This document shows, one piece after another, positions 1 to 9,186 of a DNA stretch of 64,000 nucleotides (positions are counted from its first letter, which is position 1; each line of letters opens with the position of its first letter). The notes under the pieces were generated by a model that did not search any database, was not told the origin of the DNA, and saw nothing but the letters and a program-made list of their open reading frames with translations. The DNA comes from Escherichia phage fp01. The position numbers were made by a program, and so were the translations under genes. The stretch lies in sequence record NC_048731.1, one strand, 5' to 3'.

Positions 1-158
1 ATGCAGCACTGGGAAACTGGCTATAAGGATGGTGTTGAATCCTGTGCTACTATGCTAGAAGTTATTGCTAATACCTTAATGGAGAAAGGCAATAAAGAAT
101 TAGCTGAGCTATTAGACAGTATTGGGCAAAATTTCAGAGAACAGGTGAAAAATGCGTA
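1..158 (+). CDS. C-terminal fragment of an ORF truncated by the window edge (hypothetical protein)
   Basis: Open frame 1 runs from window start to TAG at 156-158, overlapping the next start; no recognisable motifs. Confidence 0.3.
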
Positions 159-988
159 GATTAATTATTATTAGCGGTGCGGGTTTGAGTGTTGAAAGTG
201 GTGTACGAGCTTTTCGTACTGATACTGCTAGTGGTAAAGCATTGTGGGATGATTATGATCTAGAAGAAGTATGTAATATTCATGCCTTTCGTGGTAACTT
301 CTATCATAAAACCCATATGTTTTACAACAAGCGTCGTGAAGAGCTAAAAACTGTTGAACCCAATCTTGCGCATTTGCGTATTGGTGAATGGTATAAACAA
401 TATCCAGGTCAGGTAGTAAACTTGACTACCAACGTTGATGACCTTATTGAGCGTGCTGGCGTTCCAAATAGTGACATTCTGCACATTCACGGATATTTAA
501 AAGAGGTTGTTGTAGCTGATAGCTACAATAGTAGCAATAAACGGATTATTGATGTAGGATACAATTCTATTGATCCAGATGATTATAAATGGGTTAAACC
601 TAATGTAATCTTCTTTGGGGAGCATGCTCCAGCGTATGCAGAAATGTACAATGTTTTTGATGGTATTACCAGTCAAGATATGATCATTGTGGTTGGTTGC
701 TCTAACCAAGTAATTAACTTCTACTGGGAATTATTTCCTGTTCTTAATTTGAATGCTGCCAAACTAATGGTAGTTAACTACTATGATAGTGCCCTCGCAG
801 CGGAACCGGGCTATCAAGGTATGACTCGTAGTGAGATGTACCAACTGGAAGAACGTGGTATCCCTTACTGGAGTAAAGGTGCGGTAGATGCTTTTAGTGA
901 CCCTGATTTTATTGCTCGTGTAGAAGCTCATTTAGAGGGTAGACCTTATGTGTCGAGAAGCAAGGGAAACAGATATGTCCATAGTTAA
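152..988 (+). CDS. SIR2-family (sirtuin-like) NAD-dependent protein, zinc-ribbon-less
   Basis: Sirtuin core motifs in order: GAGLSVESGVRAFR, TTNVDDLIERAG, HIHG, VIFFGE, IIVVGCS; no CxxC...CxxC zinc module between HG and FGE. Confidence 0.6.
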   Translation: MRRLIIISGAGLSVESGVRAFRTDTASGKALWDDYDLEEVCNIHAFRGNFYHKTHMFYNKRREELKTVEPNLAHLRIGEWYKQYPGQVVNLTTNVDDLIERAGVPNSDILHIHGYLKEVVVADSYNSSNKRIIDVGYNSIDPDDYKWVKPNVIFFGEHAPAYAEMYNVFDGITSQDMIIVVGCSNQVINFYWELFPVLNLNAAKLMVVNYYDSALAAEPGYQGMTRSEMYQLEERGIPYWSKGAVDAFSDPDFIARVEAHLEGRPYVSRSKGNRYVHS

Positions 989-1157
989 ACCTGTGTATAC
1001 ACATCCTGATGATATATTTGTATGGGCGGACGGTAGTTGGTGCTATCGCTGTGAGCTGTGGGAAATGGATTATAAATCCGATGACTATGGTGTTATATAT
1101 GTTGATACGGTTGAGTATGATACGTTCTTAGAAAGGAACAAAAATGGAAATAAGTAA
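975..1157 (+). CDS. hypothetical small protein
   Basis: Short ORF bridging SIR2 and HAD genes; start moved to internal ATG (MSIVKPVY) to reduce overlap; no motifs. Confidence 0.25.
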   Translation: MSIVKPVYTHPDDIFVWADGSWCYRCELWEMDYKSDDYGVIYVDTVEYDTFLERNKNGNK

Positions 1158-1650
1158 TACTCCAATTATTTTTCTAGACATTGATGGGGTGCTCAATTCG
1201 AGCATCTCCCACCATCATGCACCTGATAATGAAAAGATTTTCTTTGGAAGTGACTGGGTTTTCAAACCCCTTCTCAAGGCTTTTCAGGATTTTATTCGTC
1301 CTTCTCCGATAATGATTGTTGGAGTATCCTCATGGTTCTCTGTCAGGAATGAGATGGAGAACGTTCAGATTATGACCGGATTAGGTCTTATCGATCGTTT
1401 TCTTGGTACAACGGATTTTACTGGGGGTGGATTATCTAGAGGTAATTCTGTTCTTCGTTTCGTTGAAAAGCATAAGCTCAAACATTGGTGTGTGCTTGAT
1501 GATGCTGGTGCTATGATGTATCAGTATCCAACGGTTATAGTCAACGGTAGGACTGGGATAAATCTTCAAGATTTAAAAGCTGTTAGCTATATGCTAGAAT
1601 TTAGCCCAGATCTTGAAATGTGTAAATCCTTACAACAATTTAAGGTGTAA
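1144..1650 (+). CDS. HAD-superfamily phosphatase (nucleotidase-like)
   Basis: HAD motif I FLDIDGVLN near N-terminus, motif II-like IVGVSS, motif IV-like VLDDAG; 168 aa. Confidence 0.5.
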   Translation: MEISNTPIIFLDIDGVLNSSISHHHAPDNEKIFFGSDWVFKPLLKAFQDFIRPSPIMIVGVSSWFSVRNEMENVQIMTGLGLIDRFLGTTDFTGGGLSRGNSVLRFVEKHKLKHWCVLDDAGAMMYQYPTVIVNGRTGINLQDLKAVSYMLEFSPDLEMCKSLQQFKV

Positions 1651-1652
1651 AT

Positions 1653-2081
1653 ATGTTCAATAATGTATTCTCTAAAGAAGCTAACCCAATTTTGGTTAAC
1701 TTTTGGCGTACCCTCCCGGCTAGCCTGTATAATGAGGCTATTAACTCTTTGAAAATATGGTGTGAGAATAACGAAATCTCCTTTGCTTTTAAAGATGATA
1801 TTGATGAGGCCCCTTGTATTGGTTTAATTGTTCAGGTAGAGGAGGGTCTTGAAGAGATTGTCGGCTGGAAAGAGTTAGATGAAATGGGCTTAGTTTTTGC
1901 ATTAAACTATAAGCTGTTTATGCCTGCTAAGCATCGCCTCGTTGTTAACTATAAAACTAGTGAATCTCCTGGTTTTCAGGTTAATGAACGTTATGGTTGG
2001 TCTTACTCACCGGAAGAAGTAAATGAGGGGATTCAGAAACTTCGACGTTTCGGGTATATGATCCCAGGTTTAACTGCTTAA
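1653..2081 (+). CDS. hypothetical protein, paralog A of a tandem pair
   Basis: Shares DDxPCIG...W.EL..MGL..ALN..LF.P...GxxPGL pattern with the adjacent ORF. Confidence 0.5.
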   Translation: MFNNVFSKEANPILVNFWRTLPASLYNEAINSLKIWCENNEISFAFKDDIDEAPCIGLIVQVEEGLEEIVGWKELDEMGLVFALNYKLFMPAKHRLVVNYKTSESPGFQVNERYGWSYSPEEVNEGIQKLRRFGYMIPGLTA

Positions 2082-2090
2082 GGAGGCAAA

Positions 2091-2483
2091 ATGGAACAAG
2101 TATATTGGCGTCAGATTGACCCTAGTTTGGTAAAGCGTGCGGAAAAGCTGCTACAACGTTGGTTGGGAGTAAGACAAGCCTCCTTCACTTTTCCGGAGCA
2201 GCAAACGGATGATCCCTGCATTGGCGTTTTCCTGTCTGGGTATGCCGGGGAATGGGAGATGGACTGGAATGAATTGTCCGCTATGGGTTTAATTGTTGCC
2301 CTAAATTTCTCTTTGTTCCATCCACGTGGTTTTGCCATATGTCGTGTGCCGGATGATGGCTGTTCGCCACATCTTTTACAGGTGGAAGACGATATTTGGG
2401 AGTACACTCCAGGTATTCTCAAAGAAGCTAAAGAACAGTTAAACAGTGTTGGGATCTATGTTCCGGGATTAAATGATGAATAA
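2091..2483 (+). CDS. hypothetical protein, paralog B of a tandem pair
   Basis: RBS GGAGG upstream; same conserved pattern as 1653-2081. Confidence 0.5.
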   Translation: MEQVYWRQIDPSLVKRAEKLLQRWLGVRQASFTFPEQQTDDPCIGVFLSGYAGEWEMDWNELSAMGLIVALNFSLFHPRGFAICRVPDDGCSPHLLQVEDDIWEYTPGILKEAKEQLNSVGIYVPGLNDE

Positions 2484-2667
2484 AGAATATTGGGTATGTT
2501 ATGGTAAAATTAAAAAGTGGAATAAGGGTCAACTTTCAGCTAAGCAAGTAAAATTTATGGCAAGATATTTGACTGATCCCACTTTCGATATTAAAAAGTT
2601 AAGTAGCTCAAACCGCGCTATTATACTTAAATTTGCTAGTACTATTCGTGGTCTTTTTTATGATTAA
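2473..2667 (+). CDS. hypothetical small basic protein
   Basis: 64-aa ORF overlapping the previous stop, followed directly by a hairpin terminator. Confidence 0.3.
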   Translation: MMNKEYWVCYGKIKKWNKGQLSAKQVKFMARYLTDPTFDIKKLSSSNRAIILKFASTIRGLFYD

Positions 2668-2672
2668 TCCGT

Positions 2673-2702
2673 ATAACCGAGTCATTTTGACTCGGTTTTC
2701 TC
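2673..2702 (+). terminator. rho-independent terminator
   Basis: Stem ataaccgagtc / gactcggtt with loop attttga, then TTTTC. Confidence 0.6.
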
Positions 2703-2734
2703 TATGCTCAAAGACACTGATAGCACCTTTGGGA

Positions 2735-2780
2735 AAAATTTACTTGCATGATGCCCAAAATCTTGATATAATATTTATAT
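2735..2780 (+). promoter_or_regulatory. T5-type early promoter (sigma70)
   Basis: AAAAATTT UP-like tract, -35 TTGCAT (2744-2749), 17-nt spacer, -10 TATAAT (2767-2772). Confidence 0.6.
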
Positions 2781-3271
2781 TGAATTGAGAGACATTAGTA
2801 AAAATTGATTTTGCTAATTTTTCTTGTTTACAATCCGCGATACGGAACAGTTAGGCTGCCCCATTAAGGGTTGTTTTAACTGTTACGTGTTAGTTTTTAA
2901 ACAAATAGTTAATAGAATACTTAGCGATCTGCGTCCCATAGGAACCCTGGTAAGGCCTCGAAGCAACCTAGTATGAGGTGGTTGTGAAGTGAGATGGGAG
3001 GAGTGAAAAACTACCGAGACGTGATTCTGTAAGTTATATTGCATCTAGTATGAGCTAGTACATGAAGCATTAGGTGAGCAAATCTGGCTTAGCGGCCATC
3101 CTCAAGGATTTGTGCGGTATAATGAGGCAGCAGCGCAGCGTGAAAGTGGAAGTTGCCACCCCACTTCAGTATTTGCGATTAATTGTTGAGAAATTGACAG
3201 TAACAGTTGTTCTATTCTTTCTGAATAGTCCTAAAGAAAACTTATTTCATTTCCAACACAGGAGTATTGTT

Positions 3272-6061
3272 GTGTTCTCAATCCTACAAGGTCATGCAGG
3301 ATTTCATCGCGATTTAGCCACTGGCATTTGGCGAGAAGTTAAAGCAGAAGACTATCTTTTTGCTAAAAGATTTTCCTCAAAGCATCCTGAAGGTAAACCA
3401 GCTTCAATGCCCTTCAAGTTTGATGTAATTGATGAAATTGATCCTCAAACCCTAGTAGAAATGCTCCCCCTTATGAGACGTTTAACGTCTGACCCTCATA
3501 TCGTTGCGGTACGAGGACGATGTCTTGCACCCAAAAATAATGTGCGACGTAAGAAGGGCAACTTTAATGTATCTAACCCAAGTCATATAATTGCAATGGA
3601 CGTGGATGGTATTGTAGATACAGGTGGTTGTAACAAGTTTGATCTTGTTGGCATGGCTCGACATATTATTAGGATGTTAAATAGTATTAGTGAGGATATG
3701 TTTCCTCTTGATGCAGGGTTTATTGCTCATGCATCGTCTTCGGCTGGGCTAAAACCAGGTATCCGAATGCACTTAATACTAGAATCTAATGTTAAAGTAA
3801 CTCAGGGTCAAATCAAATTCTTATTTACATCTATCAACGAAAGTAGTAGACAAAAGTATGGCTTTGATATTGCCGACTTAGCTTATTACTCTTCCGTACA
3901 GCTCCATTATTTTGCAGATCCGTTGTTTACCGATGGTATAGTAGATCCGTTTAAAGCGGAGGGTGCTTCACGTCTGGTATTTGTTAAGGGTTCTAAAGTA
4001 AATTTACCCAATAATCTGGTTGACTATGAAACAACTAGAGGTGAGTTTAAAGAAGAGTTCTACTCTTTACTCGACCAAATTAAGGGTAAAAAAGCTGCCT
4101 CTGATAAAGTAGAAGAAACTATCAGCGAACTAGAAGAAGCTGAGGATGGAGTGTATCTACGTATTATTCCTAAACTCTATCACAGGGCTTTGGAGGATGG
4201 TGTTGATTTTGCATGGTTAGAAAAAGAAATCCGTCCAGCCTTATCAGAATATATTGCAACTAAAGATAATAGTCGTAATATTCAAGACTACTTTAATAAT
4301 GGTCGTAAACAGGCTCTAAAAGCGTTTGTTAATAATTCTAAACGTGATATACCGGATGTTTTAAAAGGTATTCCACTTAAAAAGCTAGAAACTAACTCTT
4401 TAGAGACTGATAACTTCTTGAAATTAAATACTGTACCACCAGAAGGTTATATGACTTTTGTAAAAGCAAGTTTAGGTACAGGTAAAACTACAGCGGTTGT
4501 GCGTTGGTTAGATTCAGGAGTTATTAAAGGTAATTTCTTAGCAATTACCAATACTCGAGCACTGGTATCTTCAAATGCTAAGAAATTTAGTGCAGGACAA
4601 TATGATAAGTCTGTAGATATGCTTAATTTTAAGCGTGGTGCTATTGACCGTATGTCCACAACTATTCACTCTTTGCATAAGTTCAAGAGTTTTATTGGTC
4701 AAATCGATGCAATCTTTATCGATGAATGTGATGCTGTAATGAATGACCTATTGTTCGCCCCTGTTGTTAAACAACGTCGTGAATGTATTCAGGTTCTTCG
4801 GGATATTCTTGCAACTGCAAAAATCATTATATTATCTGATGGTGATATTAGTGCAGAAACAATTGAAGCATATGGTTCTTTGATTGAGTTTGATAAACCG
4901 GTTGCATTTTATAATCATCACCGTAAAATGCTGTCAAAAGCTCATGCTTACGAGTTCCCTGACGAATCCAGTATTTGGGTTGCACTTCAGACTTCTCTAG
5001 AGATGGGTGAGAAATCTATTCTGGTATCTGACTGTGGGCCGGATGAACTGAATGAGAAGGGCATGGCGTTGCGTCGTAATACGGGTGCATTAGTTAAGGA
5101 AATCCACTCAAACTCTACGTCTGATGTAGATATTAGACGTATTCTGGATTACACAACTAATGAGCTAATTGACCAACAAATTGATTGCTTATTATGTAGT
5201 CCATCCGTAACGAGTGGTGTTGACTTTAACTATTTTGATAACGTATTCGTTATCACTAGAACTAGTAACCAAGCGCCAAACATGCGTTTCCAAGCAATCA
5301 GGCGCGACCGTGGTGCTCAGAACATTTATTATTTTATTGATAAATCTACGAGTGGATTCTCCGCAGGTTCTGAGCAATATAACATTGATGAAGGTTGGCT
5401 GGAGTTAGCACAGCAATTATACGCACGTCGAAGAGAGCTGGAATCTAGGAACTATACTAGTACTTTACGTTATTATTTGCTTGATCAAGGTGCAACTATT
5501 GATATTTTCAGTGAAAGCTGGGGAACTATCGAAGGTGCAGGAAAAGAGTATACGGAAGAGCGAATCAAAGCTATATTGTATTCAACTCCTGATTATTGTG
5601 CTCCACGTCATGCAGATGCGTATGAAGCTAAACTACTTCTTGTTCGCTATTATCATCTTGAATCTATTAAAGATGTAACAGTTGAGCATGTTGAACAATA
5701 TATCAAGGATAAACCGAATGATCGAGCAGCATTCTTCCATAAAATGCACGAGATGTTCTGGGAAGATATTAAGAAGTGTTCAAATGTCACTATCAAACCA
5801 TTCATAGAAGCTCTGAAAGGTAAGAAGAAAGATTTCTTCCTTAAAACAGGTCAGAGTGCTAACCCAAAATATGCCAGAATGTATCTTGGTATGATGGGTA
5901 TTGGTAAGGATATGAACACGGAGAATATTGTAGACTGGTACAGAACTTATTGTAAAATCGAGTGTATGCCAATCCCGTATAAGTTTATGACTGATGAGGA
6001 GAAACATATGCATGATGAAGCAATGGCAGAGCTAGGTGCTAGAAATGACAGTGAAGAATAA
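3272..6061 (+). CDS. large P-loop NTPase, possible replication-initiation or origin-binding helicase-like protein
   Basis: Walker A SLGTGKTT and Walker B IFIDECD; frame open from 3074 but probable start is in-frame GTG at 3272 behind RBS AGGAG; N-terminal extension looks non-coding. Confidence 0.5.
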   Translation: MFSILQGHAGFHRDLATGIWREVKAEDYLFAKRFSSKHPEGKPASMPFKFDVIDEIDPQTLVEMLPLMRRLTSDPHIVAVRGRCLAPKNNVRRKKGNFNVSNPSHIIAMDVDGIVDTGGCNKFDLVGMARHIIRMLNSISEDMFPLDAGFIAHASSSAGLKPGIRMHLILESNVKVTQGQIKFLFTSINESSRQKYGFDIADLAYYSSVQLHYFADPLFTDGIVDPFKAEGASRLVFVKGSKVNLPNNLVDYETTRGEFKEEFYSLLDQIKGKKAASDKVEETISELEEAEDGVYLRIIPKLYHRALEDGVDFAWLEKEIRPALSEYIATKDNSRNIQDYFNNGRKQALKAFVNNSKRDIPDVLKGIPLKKLETNSLETDNFLKLNTVPPEGYMTFVKASLGTGKTTAVVRWLDSGVIKGNFLAITNTRALVSSNAKKFSAGQYDKSVDMLNFKRGAIDRMSTTIHSLHKFKSFIGQIDAIFIDECDAVMNDLLFAPVVKQRRECIQVLRDILATAKIIILSDGDISAETIEAYGSLIEFDKPVAFYNHHRKMLSKAHAYEFPDESSIWVALQTSLEMGEKSILVSDCGPDELNEKGMALRRNTGALVKEIHSNSTSDVDIRRILDYTTNELIDQQIDCLLCSPSVTSGVDFNYFDNVFVITRTSNQAPNMRFQAIRRDRGAQNIYYFIDKSTSGFSAGSEQYNIDEGWLELAQQLYARRRELESRNYTSTLRYYLLDQGATIDIFSESWGTIEGAGKEYTEERIKAILYSTPDYCAPRHADAYEAKLLLVRYYHLESIKDVTVEHVEQYIKDKPNDRAAFFHKMHEMFWEDIKKCSNVTIKPFIEALKGKKKDFFLKTGQSANPKYARMYLGMMGIGKDMNTENIVDWYRTYCKIECMPIPYKFMTDEEKHMHDEAMAELGARNDSEE

Positions 6062-6279
6062 AAAATGGGAAACAAGGAAGTTCCCAGTAAAAGAACGTAA
6101 AGTTCCTGTTTACGACACTTCGGAAAAGCTATGTAGGGTGGTACCACATAGATTAGCTGGCATCCCTAACATATCCGAGTGGTTACTTAAACAACGGAAA
6201 ACAAACGTGTCTCTTCGCATCGGCTTTGAGTTAGATAAAGTCTATGCTGAACTTGCTTCTTTGCTCAAGGAATCGTAAA

Positions 6280-6325
6280 AATTTATTTGCATAGTGCAAA
6301 AAATTTCTGTATAATAGATTCATAA
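6280..6325 (+). promoter_or_regulatory. T5-type early promoter, PN25-like
   Basis: AAAATTTATTTGCATAGTGCAAAAAATTTCTGTATAATAGATTCATAAATTTGAGAGAGGAG: -35 TTGCAT, 17-nt spacer, -10 TATAAT, conserved downstream ATAAATTTGAGAGAGGAG leader, closely resembling the classical T5 PN25 promoter as I recall it. Confidence 0.7.
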
Positions 6326-6346
6326 ATTTGAGAGAGGAGTTTAAAT

Positions 6347-7051
6347 ATGGCTGGTTCTCGTAGAAAGAAACATATCCATGAAATCCCTGATGAAGTCTTT
6401 AAAAAGGTTATAGAGCATCTGGGGAACGGTGGTACTAAGAAAGCAGCATGTGAAATGCTCGGCGTATCATCTAATCCAACTATGGAAAGGATGATTGAAG
6501 AATGGCAAGACCGCCAGATTCAAGTTGCCGAAATGAAGAAAAAGAAACGTGGCACACTTATTGAAGGCATCGAGCTAGCTAACGTTATTGAGCAGTATTT
6601 GTCTGGTGATTCTTTTGAAGAGATTGCCGATCGTAATTATCGCTCTGTAGCAATGGTTAAATCTGTTCTGGAACGATATGGTGCTCTACTTCGTTTGAAC
6701 GATATTGTAGATCCATTGAATCCTCCGATTATTCCTGATGATGCTGTAGCAGAAGAATTTGCAGTTGGTGAGCTTGTTTGGGTTCCTGGATACCAGTGTA
6801 TCGGTGAAATCAAAAAAGCAATGGATAATCCTGTTGGTTGCTACCGTGTATGGCTTCTATCAGAAGGCAAACAACAGAACGTCCATTATATGAATTACGA
6901 GCTGGCCTCTGTTAAACATCTGGAAAAGCTAGGGGTTGACGTAAAGTCTCTGGGATATAAATGGACTCGTGAAGAAATTATTACGTTGATTAACGAAGCT
7001 GTTAAGGCTGCCCTGAAACTTGATAAAGAAAAAGGAAAACGCCGTGAGTAA
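6347..7051 (+). CDS. hypothetical early protein with HTH-like segments, possible regulator
   Basis: Starts 16 nt after the PN25-like leader RBS; HTH-like stretches GTKKAACEMLGVSSNPTMERMI and FEEIADRNYRSVAMVKSVLER. Confidence 0.5.
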   Translation: MAGSRRKKHIHEIPDEVFKKVIEHLGNGGTKKAACEMLGVSSNPTMERMIEEWQDRQIQVAEMKKKKRGTLIEGIELANVIEQYLSGDSFEEIADRNYRSVAMVKSVLERYGALLRLNDIVDPLNPPIIPDDAVAEEFAVGELVWVPGYQCIGEIKKAMDNPVGCYRVWLLSEGKQQNVHYMNYELASVKHLEKLGVDVKSLGYKWTREEIITLINEAVKAALKLDKEKGKRRE

Positions 7052-7295
7052 GCTAACTGATTTGCTTAAAGATGGGGAAGTAAAAACTCTGTACCGTAGA
7101 AGCTGGGATAATGATAATAATGGCTTAGTATTACTAACTCTAGATGCTGATTTGGATGTAGTTACCCAACATACCTGGGTAGCTGGTAACTATCCGTATA
7201 GCGAGGTTGTAGCATTAACAGTATGCGAAGCTATTGCGGACGATTGGGAGGTTTCCAGCATCGATGATATGCTCGCTGTTGGCCTAGTGGAGTAA
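7047..7295 (+). CDS. hypothetical protein
   Basis: ORF overlapping previous stop (GTGA); probable GTG start after purine-rich tract; acidic small protein. Confidence 0.4.
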   Translation, partial: SKLTDLLKDGEVKTLYRRSWDNDNNGLVLLTLDADLDVVTQHTWVAGNYPYSEVVALTVCEAIADDWEVSSIDDMLAVGLVE

Positions 7296-7304
7296 CTACT
7301 GAAA

Positions 7305-7345
7305 AATTTCAGTTGCTTAATCCTATAATTCTTGATATAATATTC
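7305..7345 (+). promoter_or_regulatory. T5-type early promoter
   Basis: -35 TTGCTT (7313-7318), 17-nt spacer, -10 TATAAT (7336-7341), AT-rich upstream. Confidence 0.55.
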
Positions 7346-7398
7346 TCATAGTTTGAAAGAACTATTCTGTTTAATTCTTAATTAAGGAAATATAAAAT

Positions 7399-7809
7399 AT
7401 GACTACTCCAACTCAGTGGACTGATGAACTGTTCGAAAAAATGTCTTCCGAATACGTTGCTCGTATGGAGCAATTCCCAGAGGATGAACGTCCGGGTGTT
7501 AGCATGGAAATTGTTAGCGAAATTGCCCAAGAAAATGGTGTAACTCCGAACGGTTTTCGTATGAAGCTGACTAAAGCAGGTTTGTATATCAAGAAAGCTG
7601 CTGGCTCTGCTTCTAAATCTAGCGCATCTACAGGAGAAAAAGCTTCTGGTGGTTCTCGTACTTCCAAAGCCCAAGCTCATGCCGACCTTCGTTCAGCATT
7701 CTCTGATGCTGGCCTAGCACCAGATTTTCTGGATGATGCAATTATCGACAAACTGACCGGTAAAGCGGCTGCTCATCTGGCAGAAGCAATCCGAGCTATC
7801 ACTAAGTAA
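7399..7809 (+). CDS. hypothetical protein, likely abundantly expressed
   Basis: Good RBS (AAGGAAAT), strong bias to CTG/CGT/GCT codons unlike neighbours; Ala/Ser/Lys-rich central linker. Confidence 0.55.
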   Translation: MTTPTQWTDELFEKMSSEYVARMEQFPEDERPGVSMEIVSEIAQENGVTPNGFRMKLTKAGLYIKKAAGSASKSSASTGEKASGGSRTSKAQAHADLRSAFSDAGLAPDFLDDAIIDKLTGKAAAHLAEAIRAITK

Positions 7810-7823
7810 TAAGGAGATTATAC

Positions 7824-8114
7824 ATGAACAAGCAAGAAATTATCTCCGCATGTGAAGCTCATAACGAGTTCTATCTTCATTACGAGAAATTACGCCAAAA
7901 AGGTACTACGTACCTTCAAGGTACTATGGATTTTTCTGATAAGTACCTTAGTAAACGATTTGCCCAGGAGCGTATTCGTCAACCAAAAGACGACGAGATT
8001 CTAGTATTTAGTCGTACTAATGATAGCTTCCGTTTTATTCCTGTAAATAAGGTGAAACGTATTACTTCATTGTCTAGTGAACTCGATAGAGCTACGCCAG
8101 TAGGCAAAAAATAA
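7824..8114 (+). CDS. hypothetical protein
   Basis: RBS AAGGAGA 7 nt upstream; 96 aa; followed by a terminator. Confidence 0.45.
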   Translation: MNKQEIISACEAHNEFYLHYEKLRQKGTTYLQGTMDFSDKYLSKRFAQERIRQPKDDEILVFSRTNDSFRFIPVNKVKRITSLSSELDRATPVGKK

Positions 8115-8120
8115 TAAAGA

Positions 8121-8150
8121 AAAGGAGAGCTTCGGCTCTCCTTTGTTGTA
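8121..8150 (+). terminator. rho-independent terminator
   Basis: aaaggagagc-ttcg-gctctccttt perfect stem followed by TTGTTGTAT. Confidence 0.6.
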
Positions 8151-8161
8151 TATGGGTTATA

Positions 8162-8827
8162 GTGAAAAAGTTAACAGCAAAGCAAATAAATAAAGAATTA
8201 GAGCCGCGAGGTTTTAGTATAGTAAGTGAGTGGATTAATATAAGGACACCCGCCATATTTAAGTGCTCAAAAGGTCACCAATGGAGGGCATACCTAAACA
8301 ACATAAGAAAAGGTAGTGGTTGTCCACACTGTAGTAATAAAGCTAAGCTTACTATAGAGCAAATAAATCAACAATTAGCCAATAGAGGTATAAAACTTGT
8401 ATCCACGTATATCAATGCCCATAGTCAAGCAGTATTCGAGTGCGAAGAAGGACATAGGTGGACTAGTAGCGTGGATAAGATTAAAAATGCAGGAAGATCT
8501 TGTCCTATCTGTATAGCTACAAGCTATTTGTATATATTTTATAGCCAGCAGCTTGGAACAAAAATAGGAACATCTAAAAGTCCAGAGAGAAGACTTTTAG
8601 AGATCAAAAAAGATTCTAATCTAGAGGACTTGAGTGCATATGGAGTATACTCTTGTGAGGGGTCAGCATATAATCTAGAAAATAAAGCACATAGATTCTT
8701 TAGTGCTACACAGATATTTACAGAATCAATATTTGACGGTTCTACTGAGTTTTTCAATATTCAACCAGAGGAGGCAGAGGAATATCTCCTAAGTCAGGGA
8801 GCAATAAAATGTCAGGAGATAATGTAA
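8162..8827 (+). CDS. putative homing-endonuclease-like protein (duplicated Cys4 zinc ribbons plus GIY-YIG/T5orf172-like segment)
   Basis: Two repeated modules C-x-x-GH-x-W...C-P-x-C; downstream YLYIFYSQ...TKIGTS resembles the GIY-YIG/T5orf172 nuclease core; AT-rich codon usage unlike flanking genes; GTG start. Confidence 0.4.
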   Translation: MKKLTAKQINKELEPRGFSIVSEWINIRTPAIFKCSKGHQWRAYLNNIRKGSGCPHCSNKAKLTIEQINQQLANRGIKLVSTYINAHSQAVFECEEGHRWTSSVDKIKNAGRSCPICIATSYLYIFYSQQLGTKIGTSKSPERRLLEIKKDSNLEDLSAYGVYSCEGSAYNLENKAHRFFSATQIFTESIFDGSTEFFNIQPEEAEEYLLSQGAIKCQEIM

Positions 8828-9120
8828 ATCAGGATTATGTTGGACATGTAGATGATCAGTCCATAGTTATCTGGGAAAGAGAAGATGGCCAACAGGTTAG
8901 GCTAACTGTATCTGAGTTTAGGGGGAATCTATACTTAGGAATTAGGTACTGGCTCCAAGATATAGAAGGTGAATGGTTTCCAACAAAAAGTGGATTCAGT
9001 ATGCCCTACACTCTAGAAACAACATCTCATTTATTTAAGGCATTTACTAAAATATTATCTAATAGTGAGGTTTTATTAGAAGTAGAAAAAGAAGCTAAAC
9101 GCCTGGCGGAAAAAGAATAA
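8809..9120 (+). CDS. hypothetical protein
   Basis: 103-aa ORF overlapping upstream gene end; AT-rich codon usage shared with 8162-8827. Confidence 0.35.
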   Translation: MSGDNVNQDYVGHVDDQSIVIWEREDGQQVRLTVSEFRGNLYLGIRYWLQDIEGEWFPTKSGFSMPYTLETTSHLFKAFTKILSNSEVLLEVEKEAKRLAEKE

Positions 9121-9124
9121 ATGT

Positions 9125-9160
9125 ATTTGCTTTCAACTCAGTTTTGTTATATAATATTTA
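9125..9160 (+). promoter_or_regulatory. T5-type early promoter
   Basis: -35 TTGCTT (9127-9132), 17-nt spacer, -10 TATAAT (9150-9155), then ATAAATTGATGAGAG leader. Confidence 0.6.
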
Positions 9161-9186
9161 TATAAATTGATGAGAGATACAAATAA

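Noticed and set aside
2800-3270. tRNA or other structured RNA gene in the long leader
   Set aside because: No GTTCRA-type T-loop, no cloverleaf pairing or CCA-proximal acceptor stem found by eye; left as an unexplained leader
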